A DNA stretch of 64,000 nucleotides from Candidatus Methanomethylophilaceae archaeon (GTDB lineage: Archaea > Thermoplasmatota > Thermoplasmata > Methanomassiliicoccales > Methanomethylophilaceae). The stretch's first letter is position 1. The number at the start of each line of letters is the position of its first letter. Positions 58,803 to 64,000 of this stretch are shown here, in pieces. Below the pieces are notes generated by a model, which worked only from the letters and a program-made list of their open reading frames with translations, was not told where the DNA came from and made no database searches. Location: positions 32,001 through 96,000 of the forward strand of contig CALUHR010000005.1 of the NCBI GenBank assembly GCA_944320495.1, written 5' to 3'. Position numbers and translations under genes: made by a program.

Positions 58803-59867
58803 TCGGTTCCAGACCTTCCTGTGCTGGGTCACGAGTATGTAGATGAACAGAGGACCGCCGATTATGGACGTGATCACTCCCACGGGCAGACCCGTGGCGG
58901 TTATCTCCACGGCGAGGCAGTCCGCGGCGGCGAGGACGAACGCCCCGCACGCCGCCGAGGCGGGGAGCAGATACCTGTTGTCCGAATCGATGAAGATCCT
59001 CATCACATGGGGTGCGACCAGTCCGACGAACCCGATCGTGCCTGTGAAGCAGACCAGGGTGGCAGTGACCAGAGACACCACGGCTATGGTCACCAGGCGG
59101 ACCGTCTTGGGCCTTATGCCGGAGGATACGGCCAGGTTCTCGTCGCAGGAGAGGATGTTCAGCCTGGCGCTGAGCATGGACAGGAGGGCCACCCCCGCCA
59201 GGGTGGCGCATATCAGGTACGGCAGGGTGTCCCAGGAGACGCTCCCCAGGGTCCCCAGGCCCCACATGTAAACGGAGGCGAAGGTCTCCGAGGAGGCCGC
59301 CAGATTCAGCATGGTGGTAAACGACGAGAACACATACATCACGGCGATGCCCACCAGTATCATCGTGGTGGGATTGGAGCTGCTTCTGAATCCGGATGCG
59401 AGCATGATAACCGCCGCCGGGATGAGGGACAGCACGAACGCGTTGCCTATGGACCCCATGCTCCCGGTAAGGAACGGCAATATCACCACGCCGGCCACCG
59501 ACGCGAGGGCGATACCGAAGTTGGCCCCAGACGATATGCCGGTCATGTACGGGTCGGCCAGGGGATTGCGCAGAGCGCTCTGCATGGCGGCGCCGCAGAT
59601 CCCCAGCCCGGCACCGACGAAGAATACCGCCAGCCCCCGGGGAGCGTTCTTCTCCCAGACCACATACTCATCTGTGGCATTGTCTATCGGGACACCCGTC
59701 AGATGGTCGAAGAACACGCGATACGCCTCGCCGAAGCCTATTTCGTAGGGCCCCAGGGCGATCTCCAGCAACGCCGCGACGGCCGCCAGCACGAGCATGA
59801 TGGCGATCACCAGCCTCTTGCGGCGGATACGCCTGCGGTACGACTCCTCGAAACCCTCGAAGCTCAT
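58803..59867 (-). CDS. FecCD/BtuC-type ABC permease (ends at CGA)
   Basis: NPLADPYMTGISSGA, GTIGFVGLVAPH, LPVGVI; ends QHRKVWN-CGA, 10 bp before the ATPase ATG. Confidence 0.85.
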
Positions 59868-61156
59868 CGCTGCCACGCCTCCCTGCGCGTACGCATGACC
59901 AGGAGCAGGAACAGCGGAGCGCCGATGAATGAGAGGACCACGCCGACCGGCATCGTACTCGTGGCCAGGATCCGGCTCAGCACGTCGGCGAGCAGGATCA
60001 GCACCACCCCGAGCATCGCCGAGGCGGGTATCACCAGGCGGGTGTCACTGCCGAGTATGAGGCGCACCATGTGCGGGGCTATCAGACCCAGGAACCCGAT
60101 CATCCCCACGAAGCTGACGATGGATGCTGTCACGAACGATACGATTATGAGGCAGATCATGCGGAAGTTGTCGACGTTCAGGCCCAGGGCCTTGGCGTCA
60201 TTGTCGCCCATCATCAGCAGATTCAGCCTGCCGGACATAGCGTAGAGGGCGACGCACCCGACCAGCGTCACCGTGAACATCATCGGCAGGTACGACCAGG
60301 ACGCCCCGCTCAGAGAGCCCACCTGCCACTCATAGGCCTCCTGCATGGCGTCGTCGTCTGCCACCATCATTATGAGCGTGCTGAACGCCGAGAAGATGTA
60401 CGACACGGCCGTCCCGACCAGGATAATCGTGGCTGGGGACCCGCTGCTGATTCTGGAGACGAATATCATCACGCCCGCGGGAATCAGGCTGAAGAGGAAG
60501 GCGTTCAGCACCAGACCGTACTGCCCGATCCCGACCACGGCGAGACCGAGCACGATCGCTATGTTCGCACCCAGCACCGCCCCGGACGATATGCCGGTGG
60601 TGTACGGGTCGGCCAGGGGATTCTTGAGGACACTCTGCATAACGGCTCCTCCCACGGCCAGCCCCGCCCCGGCGACCATGGCCACGAGGGTCTTCGGGAG
60701 CTGGGAGTTCCAGATCAGGATGTCGTGGAACCAGTCGTCCGACCCGGTCTCGTATACTACCCCGCGGACATGCCCGATGACGAGACCGAACGCCTCCGAC
60801 ACGGACAGACCGCTTATGCCGGCGGTAAGCGAGTATCCCGCCAGGACCACAGCGACCGCAGCCAGGGCGGCGATGAACACCGCCTTCACGGTGTTGCCGG
60901 CGCGGTAGTTCCTGACGAACTGATCCTCGGTCCCGCTCTCTGTGAAGGAACGGATGTATCTAGACACCACCCCGGTCCTGTCCGCGTACACGATGCACGC
61001 GAGCACGATGGCGACGAGGGACACGACCGACGCGGTGGCGCATGCCAACACGACGTCGTCGGCCCCGGACTTGGCTAGGGCGGCGACGGCCAGAGCCCCC
61101 GCTGTCCCGATGACGACCACGGAGGCCACCGCGTTCTGGACTGAGCGGGGGTTCAT
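59867..61156 (-). CDS. FecCD/BtuC-type ABC permease with an extra N-terminal hydrophobic region (ends CGA then TGA)
   Basis: NPLADPYTTGISSGA, GMIGFLGLIAPH; ends REAWQ-CGA-TGA, with the CGA overlapping the next ATG. Confidence 0.85.
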
Positions 61157-61171
61157 GCCTATAGCGAAAAG

Positions 61172-61190
61172 ATGGGGGCCGCGCCCCCGT
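61172..61190 (-). terminator. Intercistronic GC hairpin after the binding-protein gene
   Basis: On the minus strand ACGGGGGC-GCG-GCCCCCAT, followed by CTTTT. Confidence 0.45.
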
Positions 61191-61196
61191 TTACCC

Positions 61197-62450
61197 TCAC
61201 TTCACGTCCTCGGCCGTGAAGATGAACTGCCCGTCCACATCGTAATCCAGGCCGTAGATGTCGACGAGCCTCTGGTGCCACTGATCGGCGTATCCCTCCC
61301 CGAAGATCTCAGGATAGAGGAACTCGGCCATGTACGCAATCCTCAGGGTCTGGGGCAGGGTGAAATCTATGACACAGAAGTTGCCGTTCTTGTAGGCGTC
61401 CATGCCCTCGATGATGGACCCGTACTTCTCGTAGAGCGCCTGGCGGCTGTCCTCCGTGGAGCTGTAGCCCATGGTGAAGATCCTAATCATATACTCGGGG
61501 TGGTAGTTGAGGACCCAGGTGCTCCTGTCGGCGTCCAGGGGCTGATATCCGGTCCAGTCCGCGACGGTCTTCCCACCGGCGAGCTCAAGGGCCGCAGTGT
61601 ACTGGTCGTCGTATCCGGCGCAGGCGAATCCGCCGTACCACACGAGGGCAGTCTTGCGCTCGGAATCGGGAACAGCGGACAGCTTCTGCTCGATTTCCGC
61701 GAGCATGTTGGTGCACCATTTCGAGTACTCCTGGGACTGCTCGACGCAGTCCACGAGGAATCCGAGAGTCAGGGCGCTGGAGGCGCTCTCGGCGCCGTCC
61801 ATACCGGCAACGCTGATGATGTCCGTGCCCATCTGGGCGTAGAGGTCCCTAGTCTCCTTGGTGATAGCCGTGGTATAGCTGGACTGAGTGATGATGGCGT
61901 CGGGTATCCCGTTGCTCGTCATGACGGTGATGTCGTCCAGGCTGCTGCTGGACAGAAGAGCAGCACCCTCGAAGCTCTGGAAAAGGACGGAGTCGGCCTT
62001 GGTGTAGCCGATGATCCTTGTGTCGTCCAGCCCGACGGCGAGGGCCATGAGCTGGGGCGAGTTGCTGAGGACCACGAATGTGTCCAGGGGCCAGGTCACG
62101 CTCTGAATCTCGTCGATGCCGTCGACGTACCAGACGACGGTCCCGTCCCTGCGGTCGATCAGGTCCTGCACGTATTCGGCGTCGGCGACGTCGACCTTGC
62201 CGTCGCGGTTGGCGTCGCAGAACTCGGTGAGCTCCACGTCGCCGTTGAGGTAGTCATTGATGTAGTCTATGTCCGCCTGGTCGATGGCGCTGTCCATATT
62301 GGCGTTGCCGAAGACCTTCAGATCGCTGCCGTAGTCCACAGTCCCTCCGCCCTCGCCGCCGCCGTCGCGCGTCAGTGTATAGGCTGCGACGACTCCGGCG
62401 ATGACGAGGATGACAACGGCGGCCACTGCGATCAGTTGCTTGCTGTTCAT
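61197..62450 (-). CDS. ABC substrate-binding protein with an N-terminal dockerin/EF-hand-like pair
   Basis: TM anchor; GNANMDSAIDQAD and CDANRDGKVDVAD loops; paralog of 41726-43105. Confidence 0.8.
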   Translation of the reverse strand: MNSKQLIAVAAVVILVIAGVVAAYTLTRDGGGEGGGTVDYGSDLKVFGNANMDSAIDQADIDYINDYLNGDVELTEFCDANRDGKVDVADAEYVQDLIDRRDGTVVWYVDGIDEIQSVTWPLDTFVVLSNSPQLMALAVGLDDTRIIGYTKADSVLFQSFEGAALLSSSSLDDITVMTSNGIPDAIITQSSYTTAITKETRDLYAQMGTDIISVAGMDGAESASSALTLGFLVDCVEQSQEYSKWCTNMLAEIEQKLSAVPDSERKTALVWYGGFACAGYDDQYTAALELAGGKTVADWTGYQPLDADRSTWVLNYHPEYMIRIFTMGYSSTEDSRQALYEKYGSIIEGMDAYKNGNFCVIDFTLPQTLRIAYMAEFLYPEIFGEGYADQWHQRLVDIYGLDYDVDGQFIFTAEDVK

Positions 62451-62516
62451 CTGCTCTCTCCGAATTTGGGTTTCCAGCGGACCGGACGATGACCTCCGGA
62501 TTCTCCGGCCCGTTAG

Positions 62517-62533
62517 TTGGATGTATAATCCAA
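62517..62533. promoter_or_regulatory. TTGGAT-N5-ATCCAA operator, perfect copy (binding-protein gene upstream)
   Basis: TTGGATGTATAATCCAA; a TTATATA box lies about 25 bp upstream on the minus strand. Confidence 0.8.
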
Positions 62534-62679
62534 TATATCTTGGAATCCTGAAGCTTGTATATAACGCCTGTCTGGGCGCCCGTCCGCCCTACCTGTAGGG
62601 GATGCGCCTCGGATGCCCGTTTCAGGGCAGTGTCCGGTGATAACGCCGGTATCCGGAGCTCAACGGAGCAAATGTATCT

Positions 62680-64000
62680 ATGATAACTGATTGCACAAAA
62701 TCGAGCAACGGCAAACTGCTCGCCGCCGTCATCGGCATGCTGATGGTCGTGTGCGCTGTTGCCGTGGTAGCGATGCCTGCCGATGCCGACGGTACCACCA
62801 AACCCACCGTCAACTTCGCCGGCGTCGATGCCGTTGACATCGCCGATGTCGAGGACCTCACCGCAGACATCGGATTCGATGCCAAAACCGGCGTCCTCAC
62901 CGTCACCGAGGACACCGTCCTGAACATCACCGGAACCCTCGGTTCCGCCACCGCCCCCGCCATCGAGCAGATTATCCTGAAGGCCGACCTGCAGATCCAG
63001 GGAAGCGGAAGCCTCTACGTCGCCAACTCCGGCGCTGGAGTGAGCACCGTCATCTTCGCCGCCGATGGAGCCATCCTCAGCATCACCGACGGAGTCATCG
63101 TCAACCTCGATGCCGACGGAGACCAGTCCTTCGTCATCAACAACGGTGTCAGCAAAGAGGTCACCGACGTCAAGAACGTCACCGCCCTCCTCAGCGTCAC
63201 CGACAAGGCGACCCTGAACATCACCCACACTCTCGGAAAGTCCACCTGGTACAACGCCGACGGCAACACCGCCAGCGAGACCTACATGGACGTCGACAAC
63301 GCCACCGTCAACTTCAACGAGAGCCACTCCGTCCAGGGAGTCGTCCTGACCGCCACCAACAAGGCGGCCATCAACCTCAACGACACCGATGCCACCGGAA
63401 TGGTCCTGAAGGACGGATCCGTCATCTCCGACTCCACCGTCGCCCTCGACGGAGCCAAGTACGCCGGACTCTACCTGAAGGGAACCGTCACCGTCGAGAA
63501 CGGATCCTCAGTCACTGTGAAGAACGCCGACCAGGGCGAGGCCTCCTATCCCGGAATCAACGTCGAGAACGTCTCTGGAGAGACCTCCGAGCTGAAGATC
63601 GACGCTACCTCCAGCGTGGCCACCACCGACGTCGGATTCGCCACCGCGACCTCCAAGAGCTTCACCATCTCCGGATCCGGATCCTTCTCTGGAGACCTCA
63701 CCGCCGGAAAGAGCACCGAGACCACCAAGACCTACACCCTGAACGGAGTCACCGTCGGCGACATGGCTGTCGATGAGAACATAACCGTCGCAGCTGGAAC
63801 CGCTGGAGTCGTTCTGGATGGTACTGTCGACCTCTCCAAGGCCACCGTTTCCAGCTACAGCGGAATGATCATCGGAGCCGATGCCAAAGCCACTCTGAAA
63901 TCCGATGCCACCGGATACAATGTGCTTCCCGGAGCCACCGTCAGCGGACCTACCACTGCAGTTACCCCTAGCTCCACTATCGAGGCCACCACTACCAACT
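62680..64000 (+). CDS. Large S-layer/adhesin-like secreted protein, 3' end beyond the window
   Basis: MITDCTKSSNGKLLAAVIGMLMVVCAVAVVAMPADADG... signal peptide, then an open Thr/Val/Gly/Asp-rich frame to the window end with strongly biased codons. Confidence 0.85.
   Translation, partial: MITDCTKSSNGKLLAAVIGMLMVVCAVAVVAMPADADGTTKPTVNFAGVDAVDIADVEDLTADIGFDAKTGVLTVTEDTVLNITGTLGSATAPAIEQIILKADLQIQGSGSLYVANSGAGVSTVIFAADGAILSITDGVIVNLDADGDQSFVINNGVSKEVTDVKNVTALLSVTDKATLNITHTLGKSTWYNADGNTASETYMDVDNATVNFNESHSVQGVVLTATNKAAINLNDTDATGMVLKDGSVISDSTVALDGAKYAGLYLKGTVTVENGSSVTVKNADQGEASYPGINVENVSGETSELKIDATSSVATTDVGFATATSKSFTISGSGSFSGDLTAGKSTETTKTYTLNGVTVGDMAVDENITVAAGTAGVVLDGTVDLSKATVSSYSGMIIGADAKATLKSDATGYNVLPGATVSGPTTAVTPSSTIEATTTN

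Noticed and set aside
1-64000. In-frame TAG (pyrrolysine) read-through genes, CRISPR arrays, rRNA, transposases
   Set aside because: No real CDS appeared interrupted by TAG. I saw no regularly spaced repeats, rRNA-like segments or transposase/integrase motifs.

Overview
GC-rich archaeal chromosomal window, most likely from a Methanomassiliicoccales-type methanogen. This is inferred from DGGGP synthase, archaeal FEN-1, the DUF39/NIL-ferredoxin/UPF0280 homocysteine cluster, a CCA-less tRNA-Gly, dockerin-like ABC binding proteins and large acidic surface proteins. I find about 54 CDS and one tRNA, and no CRISPR array, rRNA or integrase. Main result: CGA appears to act as a stop codon. By my manual count, the 52 genes with a 3' end in the window end in TGA (37), TAA (1), TAG (0) or an in-frame CGA (14). 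Examples include FEN-1 ending QRSLDSWF-CGA, CGATG stop/start couplings and tail-to-tail CGATCG junctions. I saw no CGA inside any of the 15 coding regions I read codon by codon or at every Arg. The supplied ORF track therefore over-extends these genes, and my coordinates stop at the CGA. Second result: a large putative metal/tetrapyrrole-handling region. It contains an ECF cobalt transporter, CobN plus ChlI/ChlD-like chelatase subunits, two FecCD/BtuCD-type ABC systems, two ABC-2 pairs and two operons encoding a NifH-NifD-like fusion plus a NifK-like subunit. Nearly all of its promoters carry a shared 17-bp palindrome, TTGGAT-N5-ATCCAA (12 copies found). All counts were made by eye and need computational confirmation.
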